The notes under the pieces were generated by a model that made no database searches, was not told the DNA's origin, and saw nothing but the letters and a program-made list of their open reading frames with translations. From contig OX597815.1 of the NCBI GenBank assembly GCA_951406725.2, positions 79,112,001 to 79,176,000 of the forward strand: DNA of 64,000 nt. Reading direction: 5' to 3'. Below are positions 12,462 through 26,804 of this stretch, piece after piece. Position 1 is the first letter of the stretch; each line of letters starts with the position of its first letter. Made by a program: the position numbers and the translations under genes. Source of the stretch: Octopus vulgaris. Taxonomy: Eukaryota.

Positions 12462-13555
12462 AGAATGTAAAGCCAGTAGAAATGCTGCTAGGCATTTTGT
12501 CTAGTGCTCTAACTATTCTGCTCACTTGTAATCTCAATAATAATAATAATCTTTCCTGCTATAAGCACAAGGCCTGAAATTGGTTTGTGAGTAAAGTCAA
12601 TTACATTCAGATAAACTATGATGTGTGTGCAACTGAGTGAAAATGAAAAGGAATTGAATTTGTTCAAATTTAAAGATTGTTATAAAATTGCCTACAAATC
12701 AAGTATATTATTCCTCACTTAGCTATACGTTTTTCATGCAGGAAGTAACCCTGGAAATTCTCTCTATTTTTCCTCCCATTTATTATTATATGACATAATT
12801 TACTTAGTGAATTCCTGAGTAAAGTTAGCTACAAAACTATATCTTTCTCCTGGTGAAGATGTATGTCCTACTTGCTTCAAACTATAAAAAATGGCATTTA
12901 CCACCAATATTATTTACCTTGTAAGAATAGGAAGTGGGTGGATTGCCAGAATCAGTACAATGTTGAACAAAATACTTCACAGCATTTAATTGTGGATTTA
13001 CTCGTTTTTAAATTTAAATTTTTGCTTTCATCAATTTTACTTTCCATCCTTCCAAGATTGATAAAATAAATACCAGTGAAGTAATAATGTTAATATAACC
13101 AATTGTGCTCTTTTCAAAAACTTAATATTTTTATGTCTATATTAGAAATTAATATTATGAACCTATATGGTTCACAAATAGATTAAGTTTCCAGTAAGAA
13201 TTAAGCCTGCTTAGTGGCTTCTAAGACCACCAGCCACTTCCCTGAACCTAATCCTTCTAAATTCGCTTGATAAGAGTAGGTGGTGTTAAAAGCTTAGTTT
13301 TACACAGCACCAAGCCACTGAGATGATGCAAGAAGTAGGGGGTAGAATATGATTATTGAAGGGATACTTCTTAAGTTCTTTCTTAAGTCTAAGTCTTATA
13401 ATCTATCAATATGTCCAGATTGATATCAGTATCCTTGGACTCTTTTTCACACACATGCATACATAAGTGTGTATGTGTATAAATTTTTACCCATATAAGC
13501 ATGGAAAAGTGCCTGTTAAATCAATGATGACGGTAATGCTGATAATGATATCAAC

Positions 13556-13636
<81 letters not shown>

Positions 13637-13889
13637 GAGAAAATGGAGAAATATATCTAAATCATTCATCAACTATCAGATAATACCGAATCATATACTT
13701 TATTAAAACACTACACAAGAGCATTAAGATTAGACATTAATACAGTACAATAATTACAATCAATATAATGAGATATAACTAAATAAATATAACAAGATAT
13801 AAAAATACATATACATTATAACTGACAGCAGTATATTGGATATATGTTATCCCATGGAGGGTTGAAGTTACAACCCCTATCTCATTTTA

Positions 13890-14048
13890 CGCATACATAC
13901 ACCCATACACATACATGCATCCTACACACACATACATACACACTCACACATACATACACACACACACTCACTCACACACCTGTATGTACGCGCACACACA
14001 TGCACATACACACACTTCCCCACACCCACACGTACATACATACACACT

Positions 14049-14081
<33 letters not shown>

Positions 14082-14200
14082 GGACATACATCTATGCACA
14101 CACATATATACACACATACTCACATACATTCATCGGACACACTGCCACCCAGACATACACACAGACACACTCACACATCCACACACATACATACTTACGC
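13890..14200. repeat. Degenerate (CA)n-rich tract; similar tracts at 2300-2430, 9735-9787, 10195-10640, 20020-20100
   Basis: Directly visible; the source of the HTHT/CVCV pseudo-ORFs. Confidence 0.9.
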
Positions 14201-14934
14201 GCACACTCGCAGGCGCGCGCACACACGCGCTTGCGCCGGTTCGCGCATGCATACGCGCCGCAGGCACCTCGCTCTTGGACCCGACGAGACCTCCCGCGCG
14301 TTCCTGGGACCGTCGCTTGTCGTTGGGTTTTCCCACGCCCGTCTCCGCGGGACCACTCTTCCATCTTCCCCTCAGCTGGAGTCCTTTTTCCTTAACCCCC
14401 CTTTTTTGTTACACACACGCGCACACATATACACACATTGCTTAAATATATACATTACTCTTACACACATTCAATCTACTCGCCATTAATACTACCACGA
14501 CACTGGACACACACACACACTACTACTCAACACATGCTGGCACGCTACATACGCCCCCACCCCTTCCCCTCCCTCCCTTCCTCCTTCCTTCTTTTTCTTA
14601 CTACTGACCATTGTCTGCTATGCCGACCACTGTCTCGCCCTACCTCACACGCCTACACACAGACGCACACACTAACACATACATATATTTTTTGTTTTTT
14701 TATCTCACCTCACACACACACATACACACACGCACACGCACACACTCACACATACACACACATCTGTTGCATTACCAACCTTGTCTCCACTCTTTTGCCT
14801 TTAAAAACCTACTTTGCTCTTGTTATCGTAAACTTCCGCCTTTCACCATGTGTAACTCGTAAACACCAGTCGTTTTTTTCTCTATCCCTGTTGCCCGCTT
14901 TGGGATCTTTCTTTCCTCTCTCTTCCTTCTTTAT

Positions 14935-14969
14935 GTTTCCGACGAAGAGCTCCGCTCGAAACGTCATAC
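14935..14969 (+). ncRNA. Minimal hammerhead motif (variant)
   Basis: GTTT-CCGACGA-A-GAGC-TCC-GCTC-GAAA-CG-TC-ATAC; 4-bp stem II, U4C in the core, 3/4 stem I. Confidence 0.6.
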
Positions 14970-15082
14970 CTTCCTGCTTCCATTTCCTGAGCGCCTATTA
15001 ATAATAATACTGTAATTGTTCCATTGTTGTTGTTTTTTTGTTTTCACGTTTGGATTAAAATTATATATATATGGGGCAAGCG

Positions 15083-15443
15083 AAATCGAAATCGAATTGA
15101 ACCAGCCAGGATCCCTGGTCTGGTGGTACGTAAAAAGCACTATCCGACTCGTGGCCGATGCCAGCACCGCCTCGACTGGCTTCCGTGCCGGTGGCACATA
15201 AAATACACCAATCTGACCGTGGCCGTTGCCAGCCCCGCCTGGCACCTGTGCAGGTGGCACGTAAAAAGCACCCACTACACTCATGGAGTGGTTGGCGTTA
15301 GGAAGGGCATCCAGCTGTAGAAACATTGCCAGATTAGACTGGAGCCTGGTGCAGCCTTCTGGCTTCCCAGAACCCCGGTCGAACCGTCCAACCCATGCTA
15401 GCATGGAGAACGGACGTTAAACGACGATGATGATGATGATGAT
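15083..15443 (+). mobile_element. RTE 3' UTR (young, CpG intact)
   Basis: Ends cccatgctagcatggagaacggacgttaaacgac(GAT)n. Confidence 0.8.
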
Positions 15444-16161
15444 ATATATATATATATATATATATATTCATATAATTATAGACATAAACTGCGAAAGATC
15501 TAAATACACAAGAAGGAATATAAAATTCTAGATACTAGTAATGATTATAATTTTAGATAAAGACTATAAATTGTAAATAATATAGTCATTGATTGACAAT
15601 ACTATTCCAGTATTTATACTGCCATAAAGGCAATGAGCAAGCAGAATTGTTATCAAGCTGGGCAAAATACTTAGCAGCATTTTATCCATCTTTACATTCT
15701 GAGTTCAAATTTCACCAAAGTTGATTTTGTCTTTTGTCCTTTTGAGGTCAATAAAATAAGTACCTGTTGAGCACTGAGGTTGATGTAATTGACTTACCTT
15801 CTCCTGCAAAATTTCAGCTCTCTTTTATTCTCTACACATTTGTTCTTCATGAACCTATATACCATAATCTGCTATCACCATTTGTTTCTTCAAATATTTA
15901 AGTTGATATCTTTAAATATGTCTAAGCTGATATCATTTTATAAATAATCTATATCATTAGCTTCTCACCTTCCTTTTTGTTTTATTTCTAAAAATTTTCT
16001 ATAGCTGTGTGGTTAAGAAACTCATGGTTAAGAAATGCATGGTGAAAGCAGGGCAAGTGTCTTCTACTATAAACCTTGGGCAAGCATCTACTATAACCCC
16101 AGGATGTCTGAAGCTTTGTGAATAGATTTGGTAGACAAAAACTGAAAGAAGCCCATCATAT

Positions 16162-16575
16162 ACTTTTTTACTCTTTTACTCTTTTACTTGTTTCAGTCAT
16201 TTGACTGCGGCCATGCTAGAGCACCACCTTTAATCGAGCAACTCGACCCCAGGACTTATTCTTTTGTAAGCCCGGTACTTATTCTATCGGTCTCTTTTGC
16301 CGAACCACTAAGTAACGGGGACATAAACACACCAGCATCGGTTGTCAAGCAATGCTAGGGGGACAAACACAGACACACAAACATACACACATATATATAT
16401 ATACATATATACGACGGGCTTCTTTCAGTTTCCATCTACCAAATCCACTCACAAGGCTTTGGTCGGCCCGAGGCTATAGTAGAAGACACTTACCCAAGGT
16501 GCCACGCAGTGGGACTGAACCCGGAACCATGTGGTTGGTTAGCAAGCTACTTACCACACAGCCACTCCTGCGCCT
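16162..16575 (-). mobile_element. tRNA-head SINE family A
   Basis: Head ggcgcaggagtggctgtgtggtaag..ggttcagtccc (A/B boxes), internal (TA/TG)n, (gagtaaaa)n tail. Confidence 0.9.
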
Positions 16576-17834
16576 ATATAGCCACTCCTGTGCCTATATA
16601 GCCACTCTTGCACCTATATATATATATATATTTTTTTTTTTATTGCCCACAAAGGGCTGAACATAGAGGGAACAAACAAGGACAAACAGATTAAGTCGAT
16701 TACATCGACCCCAGTGCGTAACTGGTACTTAATTTATCGACCCCAAAAGGATGAAAGGCAAAGTCGACTTCGGCGGATTTGAACTCAGAACGCAGCAGCG
16801 GACGAATATTTATGCATGTGTGTTTATGTCCCTGTAACTTTGCAATTCAGCAAAAGAGACCAATAGAATAAGTACTTGGTTTACAAAGAATAAATCCTGG
16901 GGTTGATTTCTTTCATTAAAACCCTTCAAGTCGGTGCTCCAGCATGGCTGCAGTCAAATGACTGAAACAAGTGAAAGAATAAAAGAATACATTATATTTT
17001 CTGTTAATTTTTCAATAACTTTTATGAAAGTTATTGTTAAATAAGTTAATTATGGGGAGTAGCTAGAAGCCATGTCACTTGCAGGCTCACCCCAGGTTGC
17101 TGAGATTAATGCAGCTGATGCTTTGTCTGAATGTCTGCACGTCAATGCTTGCAGCAGAAATTAAACTGAAAAAGAGATTAATTCCTGGGGTTTGCACTTC
17201 ATGCATGCAACAAAGTGATTTGTACTTTGCATTATTTTATTTTTTGTGCTAATTTCAGTCATTCAGTAGTGTCCATGCTGGTATAACTTTCATGGCTTTT
17301 AATTAATCATATTAACTGCAGTATTTATTTTAGCATCACACATATTACATTCATCTCTGTTAATGAAATCAATAAGTTATGCTTTGACATAAAGGGACAC
17401 AACACACTGATATACAGTGGTGGACATAAACTTACATAGAAACACACATGCTCAAACACATGCACACACACATGCACACACACATATGCACACATACATG
17501 CACTCACATACATGCATGCACACACACATGTATGTATGTAAAAAATTTTCAAAAAAGAGTTATTGACATTTATGAAAATCTTTTTAAATACATACATACA
17601 TATGTGTGTGTGTGTGTGTGTGCGTGTGTGCATGTGTGCGTGTGTGTGTGTGTGTACATAGATAAAATTTGAAGAAAGATTTTCCCTCTTTTTAAATATT
17701 TTAGAAAAGTAGAATGACACAAACCTTTTGGAATGCAGTTTTCACATTGCATGTCTACATAATATGATATGATATATAATATAATATAATATATATTATA
17801 ATATAATATAATATGATATAATATATATATAAGT

Positions 17835-18042
17835 TAGCAAGCTGGCTGAAACGTTAGCAGGATGACAAAATAGCGGTATTTTGTCTGTCTTTATGTTCCG
17901 AGTTCAAATTCTGCCAAGGTCGACTTTGCCTATCATCTTTTTGGGGTTGATAAATTACGTACCACCTGTGTACTGGTGTCAATCTAATCAACTGGCCCCC
18001 TCCCGCAAAATTTTGGGCCTTGTGCCTAGAGTAGAAAAGAAT
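17835..18042 (+). mobile_element. SINE family B
   Basis: Colinear with 31170-31362. Confidence 0.85.
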
Positions 18043-18257
18043 ATTTTATATATATATATATATGAATCAGTGGCATTCGATAAATACTTGGTGCACATGG
18101 CGGAGACGTAACCCAGCCCCTCCCCCATTTTAAAGAAATATTTTTTTACGGAAACCCATGTTTTTGGCTATGGAGATTCTGATTCGGAAAAAAAATTGGT
18201 GAAAATCACAACTTCAAAATTTCAATAAGTCTGGACACTTATTGATCAAACCACATT

Positions 18258-18468
18258 TGTATGTATGTATGTATGTATGTATGTATGTATGTATGTATGT
18301 ATGTATGTATGTATGTATGTATGTATGTATGTATGTATGTCACATGCAAATGTATGTATGTATGTATGTCACATGCAAATGTATGTATGTATATCACATG
18401 CAAATGTATGTATGTATGTATGTCACATGCAAATGTATGTATGTATGTATGTATGACACATGCAAATG
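18258..18468. repeat. (GTAT)n turning into a compound minisatellite
   Basis: About 20 GTAT units, then 5 copies of cacatgcaaat separated by variable (gtat)n. Confidence 0.95.
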
Positions 18469-18824
18469 TGTCACTATGATTATCACTTACTGCTTGACAA
18501 CTTTTGGTTTGTTTACGCCTTGAACTTATGGCTTCAGCTAATAATGACCTGACAGAATAAGAACCAGATAAGCAAGTACTGAGGTCATTTTTATTAATTA
18601 CGTCATCCAAGGTGGTACCCTAGCATGACCACAATCCTGATGTGTAAAATAAATAGAATATATAAATAACATAGTAGTAGAGTAGCAGAAATGGCAGAGA
18701 AACAGAAACTTTTACTTTCAAAATTTGTTATTCCACTAAACTTATGAGTTATATGTAAGTCATGAATTGGAATCAGTTCCCTTCTTCTACTAATATTTAA
18801 AATTTTGATTATAGTTTTGTTCTA

Positions 18825-19275
18825 ATATTGATTTCAAATTTTGGCACAAAGCCAACAATTTCAAGGGGAGGGAGTCAGTCAATTACATTGGCCCCAGTGC
18901 TCAGCTGGTACTTATTTTATCATCCCCTAAAGGATGATAGACAAAATTGACTTCAGTGGAATTTGAACTCAGAACGTAAAGATGGATGAAATGCTGCTAA
19001 GCATTTTGCTTGGAGTGCTAACCACTCAGCCAGCTCTCTGCCTTGCCTTGGGCTAATATTGCTTTCAAATTTTTAGCATAAGGTCAGCAATTTCAGGGAG
19101 TGGGTAAGTCAATTACATCAATCTCATGCTTAACTGGTACTTATTTTATTGACCCCAAAAGGATGAAAGACAAAGTTGACCTCAGCAAAATTTGAACTCA
19201 GAACATGCAGACAGATAAAATGTCGCTAAGATTTTGCCCCACATGCTAATGATTCTACTAGCTTGCTGCTCGCCT
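18825..19275 (-). mobile_element. Two head-to-tail SINE family B copies
   Basis: 18825-19043 and 19055-19275, each flanked by taatatt. Confidence 0.8.
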
Positions 19276-19340
19276 TGTACTAATATTAAGGTGTATTAAT
19301 TATTGTAAATATATCATCTATTTATAGTCAATCATTAATA

Positions 19341-19565
19341 CTCTCTTTACTCTTTTACTCTTTTACATGTTTCAGTCATTTGACTGCAGCCATGCTGGAG
19401 CACCGCCTTTAGTCGAGCAAATCGACCCCGGGACTTATTCTTTGTAAGCCCAGTACTTATTCCATCGGTCTCTTTGCCAAACCGCTAAGTGACGGGGACG
19501 TAAACACACCAGCATCGGTTGTCAAGCAAAGCTAGGGGGACAAACACAGACACACAAACACACAT

Positions 19566-19604
<39 letters not shown>

Positions 19605-19770
19605 TACGACAGGCTTCTTTCAGTTTCCATCTACCAAATCCACTCACAAGGCATTGGTCGGCCCGGGGCTATAGCAGAAGACACTTGCCCAAGATGCCAC
19701 GCAGTGGGACTGAACCCGGAACCATGTGGTTGGTTAGCAAGCTACTTACCACACAGCCACTCCTGCGCCT
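19341..19770 (-). mobile_element. SINE family A
   Basis: Full-length, near-identical to the 16162 copy. Confidence 0.9.
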
Positions 19771-20028
19771 ATATATAGATATGCTAATCATCATTATCAT
19801 TTAATTTCTTTCATTCTCATACTTGCATGGGTCAGACAGAATTTATTGAAATAGACTTTCTATGACTGGATTTCCCCTCTGTTAACAACCCTCACCTGTT
19901 TCCAAGCAAGGTAATATTTCCCCCTACTGTAACATGTTTTTCATGGAAGGTTAGAAACAAGTAACCTTACTAGTATGACAATGATTCTCATTTACAGCCA
20001 TTATATCTAGACACATGCACACACACGT

Positions 20029-20086
<58 letters not shown>

Positions 20087-20889
20087 CACATCACACACAC
20101 ACATCAGGGTTGGGAAGCAAGCCTCTTAACCATAGATATGTCTATTGATATTAGAATTTATTAATCATTAAAAATAAACCACCTATCTGTGGACGATTTA
20201 TTATTATGTAGTGGAGCAAGATGGAACAAAAAACAGTGGAACAAAATGGAATAAAAAACAGTGGAACAAAATGCCTTGCCATATTTAGTTATGTCTTTTT
20301 ATGTTCTGATTTCAAATTCTGCAGGTGTCACTTTGTCTTTCCTCCTTCTGGTGGATGGTAAAGTTAACAAAATAAAATACTTGTTAAGATTGAGCATGAT
20401 CAATCGTAAGTATTTTATTTTGTTAGTGTTGATCTAAATGCACGGCATTGTACCAGTTTTAGAAACTAATGCATACATAGGTTTTTCTATATGCATCCAT
20501 CTTTATAAAGTATGTCAACAATAACTTTTGTTATAGCTTCTCTCTTGTATGCTATACAAACTATAAAGAATAATCAACAATTATGTGATCCAGATAAAAA
20601 AAAAAGATGCAAAATCCATTAACATTGCACTTCTTACTATTTTAATAAACATGTTGACAAGTTTATATACACATTACAAAGGAAAAAGATGATCTACTCT
20701 TGTACAACATATGTGTACATAGATTGAATAAACTTAACAACACACACACACACACATAAAACAGCTTGATTCAATTAATCAATTAAACTAACTCTAATTT
20801 GTTGTTAATTTTTGTAAACATGTATAGCACAAACTTGATAACAACTGGCAAACTACTCATTGTAAAACTTCAAAGGAAATTTGTTTAAT

Positions 20890-21268
20890 TACCTCCACCA
20901 AGGAAGGAGGTTATGCTTTCATTAGCGTTGGTTTGTCTGTCTGTCCGTCTGTGTGCAAAATAACTCAAAAAGTTATGAACAGTATTTGATGAAACTTGCA
21001 GAAAAAGTTGGTAATGATACAAGGAACAGATGATGAAATTTTGGTAGTGATCCGTGAATTTTTATGGAGTCTTGAAGGATTTTTCATTTGTTATATTTAC
21101 TTTACATGAAGTATTGCAATGTTACGTTCTTTGATTATCTCCCTTGTAAACACGTTCATCGTTTCCACTTAACCTATGGTGGCATTGCTGTTTCCAAAGT
21201 TTTCGTTTCTCTATTAGTAATTTTACTTGGTTATCTATCTTAAAATGAGCTGCTTGGTGGAGGTCTGC
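20890..21268 (+). mobile_element. Helentron/DINE-1-like non-autonomous element
   Basis: subTIRs acctccaccaag / cttggtggaggt, (GTCY)n tract. Confidence 0.7.
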
Positions 21269-21444
21269 TGAGGATGACATGACAAGCCTTGACCATTGGG
21301 ATTGACTCAAAAATATCAGGCTTTGCTCCCTCCACTGCCGCTGTGAAACTAGCTTGCTGTTGTCATTGATGTATTATAACTGATTCAGATGATTCCTGTT
21401 TTTAAAGGGATTTTAAAAAAAAATCATATGGCTGTGTTTTTTCT

Positions 21445-21573
21445 TAACCCCGCCAAGGAGGTTATGTTTTTGCCAGCATTGGTTTGGGAAATTGGGTGAT
21501 TTTCAGCATGCGTATATATGGGTGGAAATGAGCTGCTTGGCAGAGGTCTGTGCTCTCTGAGTGCTTTTCTAGT
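21445..21573 (+). mobile_element. Helentron-like, internally deleted
   Basis: cgccaaggaggttatg ... cttggcagaggt, gtgctctctgagtgc hairpin, ctagt end. Confidence 0.7.
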
Positions 21574-22257
21574 TATCTTATAGATTCACAGTTGTCAACA
21601 GCACTCAGTTTTTGATGTTGAGCTCCATAGACTAAGGGGTCAGAGTTTGATTTCCCTACTAAAAGTATTATTCTTCACCAAAACCATAAATGTCCTTCTT
21701 ACAGGTTCTTTTGCAATACTGCCATAAATTGTGGAGGACTTGTGCTAATGTAAGAAGTTAGTCCATCCTCCCCATTTCATATATGCATATGAAATCATTA
21801 TCACCACCACCACCATAGGACATCTGTTTTCCATGCTGGCATATGTTAGATGAGTAGATGGGAACTGATGAACCAGAGGACTGCCCCAAGCCCCCAATGT
21901 CTGCTTTGGCATGGATTCTTTAGTTGGATGCTATCCTAATGCTGACCACTATACAGAATGGGTGCTTTGTACATAGCCCCTAGCACCAGTGAGGTGACCA
22001 AGTAACTTGCTGGACAAAATCCCTCAACTGAGTGGGTAGTAGTATTGAGGGAGGTAGCTTTGTATCAGGTGATGAAAGGTTACAGTATGACAGAGGAACA
22101 GAAACATGTGTCTTCTGGAGAAGAGATACATGGCAATCTCAGTTGGTAAAGAGAGACAAGTGGTGAGAGAGAGGCAAGAGAGGATGGGGAAGGGAATGAG
22201 AAAGTGGGGAGAAGAGAGAAAATGAGGAAAGGAGAAAGGAGGAGAGAAAGAAGTGAC

Positions 22258-22720
22258 CCTCCATCAGGCATTTGCCATATTCTGAATGCCTTACTTCCCT
22301 GGGCATGGTTACACTGAAACTCTGACATCTGGCAGCTGACTTGGCAGACACCTATAAAATTATTAACCATCTTACTAACAATAACTCTGAGCACCTTTTC
22401 AAACTCCACCTGTCTAACACATGTGAACATGTTTACAAAGTCAGAAAACAGCACAGCTCCCATGACTTTCAGAAACATTTTTTCATGCTAAGAGTTGCTG
22501 AAGTATGGAACAAACTGCCGGCATCAGTTGTTAGTTGTCAGAGCACTGCATCCTTCAAAACTTCCATGCTTCCTGAGATTCACCAACACTACACCTGATT
22601 TTCTCCCTTCTATATACACGCAAGCATGTATCTGACTCACACTGTTCACTTCCGAGACATTTGTACATTACTGCATTTGTGGTGCACCTGAGCACTGTAT
22701 ACAATAATTTCATTACTATT
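22258..22720 (+). mobile_element. CR1-type LINE 3' end
   Basis: ADTYKII..LFKL..HFFMLRVAEVWNKLP; near-identical to 43540-44030. Confidence 0.88.
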
Positions 22721-24129
22721 TTAATATACATTCAGCTACAGATTTGGTGAATGAAAACATAATAAGAAAGCATTGTTTTTGCTGTAACAATCTATCAGAA
22801 GAGGCAAGGAAGTGTCCATAACTTTTATAGGCTCTCCCAGGTCAGTGACATTTGTATGCTCAATGCCCTTTAGAACATCTCTGTAGAAAAATATAGGTGG
22901 ACATGGAACTAGAATGCAGTCCAAATGCCTGAAATAGAGTAAACTTGGTGACTGAGTGGTTGTGTTAAACCTGGTGATATACTAGGCCTACATAATTCAT
23001 TCATTTGTTGTTTTGTATGTCTGTTTCTCCATGTTAGCATAGGTAGGACGGATAATTATTGAGACATTGTTTTATGCTCAGATGCCCTTCTTGTCATGAT
23101 CCCTTACTTTTGGAGGATTTGTGCTAATGTAAGAAATCAGTCTCTTATTCCACATATTTTCAAAGGTACAAAGCCAATGGTAGATTTGTTGACAGGAGAA
23201 ATGACAATGATATCATTACTTGTAGCTCAGTGATTCTCACATCATCAAACCATGACACCGCATGACCTTTCTTGACCAATCACAGTCCACTTTATAATAA
23301 TAATAATAATCAACTTCTGTCATTCAAATTCAAAATGGCTGATGACTAGCATCACACTTAAAACTCAAGGGTACCAACAAACTTGAATCAAACTGTTTTG
23401 ATCCATACATGTAACTCCCATTAAATTTGTTGAGTGGCCTTCTTTCATTTGTCCACTTACTTGTATATATATATATACACACGTGACCACACATAATTGT
23501 AAAATCAACCCTCTCCACCATCTCCATTTCCCATCATAATCATGCTTCCCCACCCCGTTCCACAATCTCATCTCAGCTCCAACTCTGCTCTACAAGTACC
23601 CTGAGGTGGCCTTTTAATCCTAATCCAAGGGGCATAACTCCAGTGTCAGTGCTTGTAACTTGGCAATTTCCAGAGAAGTATTAATGTAAACAGACACAAA
23701 CACATTATTCATACATTAAGGCGGTGAGGTGGCAGAATTGTTAGAATGTCAGAAGAAATATTACATGATATTTCTCCTGACTCATTACATTCTGAGTTCA
23801 AATTCCACCGTGATGATGAGATAAGTACCAGAAGATATTCAAAAGTCTATTTGCTCATAATTTATCCTTTACCAGTATAAGAAATCAATTAAAAAAATAA
23901 AACAAAATAATTTGATCACAATTTTATATATAATTTGAAAATCTTCCAGAGTCAGATATACTCTGTTGAAATACTGAGGAAATGTAGGGAACAGTTGGAA
24001 TTTCCAGCAAAGAACATGGTGAATATAGCATTAAAGAATGTATAAAGCTCTGGGAAATTAAACAAGAACAATCCATCATCCCCTAAATATCATCATGATA
24101 GTCTTAAATCCAGATACAAATTACTGTCC

Positions 24130-26098
24130 TTAAATATCTGAAGTTTATGCCACATGATCCACCTTTTTGACTCCTATGTCAAAGGTATCAATCCTGATTT
24201 CATTGTAGTCACAGAAACTCTGTGATGGTGTTTTTAACATGGCTGGTTACAACTTGTTTTGCAAAGACCACATTGTCATAGGAGTGGTGTGATGGTCAAC
24301 ATTCGTTCAAACTTTTCAGCAATTCCTTGCGATGACTTAAACCAATTACAACTAAAGTCATTTTTCTATGATATATTTATAAACATGTCAACAACTCTAA
24401 TTGGAGTTGTTTACCATACCCTTCCCTCTCCCCCACAAAAACTGCTACCAAAAGACATAACGTTTTGATATCTTCAGAGCTGCATCTAGGAAAGCAGTCA
24501 TTTGTTTTCATTGCTGGTGGCTTCACTTACCTTGGTATATTTACTACTGAAAATCAAAATGTACCATCTTTGCCACCTCTGACATCAAATTCTATAACAT
24601 CTGTGAAGTTTACACCAGCAAAGCTGCTTTGTTACCTCAAGAATAAGCACAACTATACCTCTCCTGGTCTTGATGGTGTTATTTATCTGCTTCTCAAATG
24701 TGGTGGGTTCTGTCTTAACTGTTACCCAGAGCAGTGGAAAACTGCCAGCATCATTCCTGTTCAAAAAGGATGATCGCATCTCACCTGTTAATAACTGTAA
24801 CATCAATCTTACTAGCTGTACCACCAAACTGATGGTGTCCTGTGTCAGAGAAATACTCTAGAACTTCTGGAACTCTCACAGACTTATTTGATGCTCACAA
24901 TTTGAATTTATCCCCAACTCCAGCTGCTGTGGCAAACTCATCAAGTCTCTGGAAGACATCACCTGAATCACTGATGGTGATGTTATATATCGTGACTTTG
25001 TGCTACACAACCACTCATGGCAAAACTCACTGTAATGAGTTGAAGTCCTTCCTCCTAGGTCGAAAAGTAGGTAGTCACAGTTCTAAGACAAAATTCTGCA
25101 CCTTATGAAATGACATCTGGTGTACCACATGGACCTGTTCTTGGACCACTGTTGTTTGTTGCATATGTTAATGACTTAGATGCCAACTTGAAGAATGTTA
25201 CAATGTAGAAATATGCAGGTGACATCAAGATGTATCTTGAAATAAAAAGAATAGACCCTATATGCTATCAAACCTCAAAACAATGTAGCATTAGATTATT
25301 GATTAGCAACACAAGATGGCTGGGGAAAGTGCATCACCATGCATTTTGAGAGGAAAAAACCAACTTTTACATACTCAATAAACTAATCTTAAGAAGTTTG
25401 TTTGTGAATGTGACCTGGGCATTATTGTCAACAGCAATTTGTATTGGACAAACCTCATTTCTAAAATTGTCAAGAAAGCTGAAGGTGCCTTAACATCACC
25501 CAGTAAAACCTTTGTCAGCTGCTCTCCAGCCATCTATTTAAAGCTGTACATGGCTATGGTATGTCCACACTTGGAGTTTGCATCACTAGTCTGGAACCCC
25601 CTATCTTACTCAGCACATTAATCTCCTGGAAACTGATCAGAAACATGCAACCAGACAAATACCAGTTGTCAAACATCTACCATTTTCTGAATGTCTTGCT
25701 TCCTTGTGCCTGAAAACAATAAAGCTCCAACTAACTTGGTAGACACTCACAAGATTATTCACCATCTTTCCAACAACAACTTTGGGTACCTTTTTGAATT
25801 CCATGTCTAACAAAAAACAACACAGCATTCATGTCTTTCGGAATGATCTTTTCTCATTCAGAATTACTGAAGCAAGAAATAAACTGCTCGCATTAGATGT
25901 TAGCTGTCGAGCCATCTTTCAAAACTTCCATGCTTCCCAAAATTTGCCAACAGTACACCTAGTATTCCCCAACCCAGTTTTTTTTTAATGACCCATTCAC
26001 TGTTCACTTTCTGTGCATTATTCTGTGTACATGCTCTTTAGGTTACCTTTTCTGATGAGTTGTAGTGCACTTGAGCACTGTAAACAATAAGTTCATCA
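24130..26098 (+). mobile_element. Old CR1-type LINE (EN-RT remnants)
   Basis: SPGLDG, WKTASIIPVQKG, SGVPHGPVLGPLLF, YAGDIK, PHLEFA..WNP. Confidence 0.85.
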
Positions 26099-26099
26099 T

Positions 26100-26443
26100 T
26101 ACCTCCACCTTAGTGAAGGCAGAGGTATTGTTTTTAGTTGGGTTTCTTGATATCTCAAGAACTGTTGGATGCATTTACATGAAACTTTCATGGATGTTTG
26201 GCCTCTAGACAGGCACAAACTGATTAGATTTTAGGATTGATCCAGTGCCAGACAAGGATTCTAGATTATTTTTCCTGTTTTTTTTACTTAATTTTTGAGA
26301 GTGGTTGGGTTCATTTTTAATATTCTCGTTTGTGAGAGCAGTCAAGTTTATTTCAGATATTCTCATTTTAAAAATCATCTCTGGCTAATTATTGGACGTT
26401 GGTGTTGCCCTGGCAGAGGTTTGCACTCTCCGAGTGCTCTTAT
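26100..26443 (+). mobile_element. Helentron-like element
   Basis: acctccacc ... tggcagaggt + gcactctccgagtgc hairpin. Confidence 0.65.
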
Positions 26444-26804
26444 TTTATTTGTTTAAAAGCAGAGCAAGATATGCATAAGCAGGAGCAATAGAGTTATTTC
26501 TCTTGGTTAGTACTTTTATTTTTTTAATAACTTACTTTGGTAACTAGCGTAAGTTTACATGCAATACTTTGGTAACTAGTGTAAATTTACATGTTATTTT
26601 TAGTCATAATTTACAAATAGGATTCATGAATAGAATAATTGTCGAGATTTACTCTCCTCTCCAAACCAAATTTATGCTAATTTATTGAAGTTTGACATGT
26701 GCACATGACGCGCGTGCACGTGCGTGTGCGCACACACACACACACACACATATGTACGAACCACGTACAGCATGAGAGTCGGTCATGAATACAGTGATGC
26801 ATTT

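Noticed and set aside
13844-15001. Long HT/CV-rich ORFs (183, 176, 187 aa) and similar ones elsewhere
   Set aside because: Artefacts of (CA)n/(TG)n tracts.
18258-18468. CRISPR-like repeat-spacer appearance
   Set aside because: Spacers are (GTAT)n, the repeat is only 11 nt, eukaryotic context, no cas genes.
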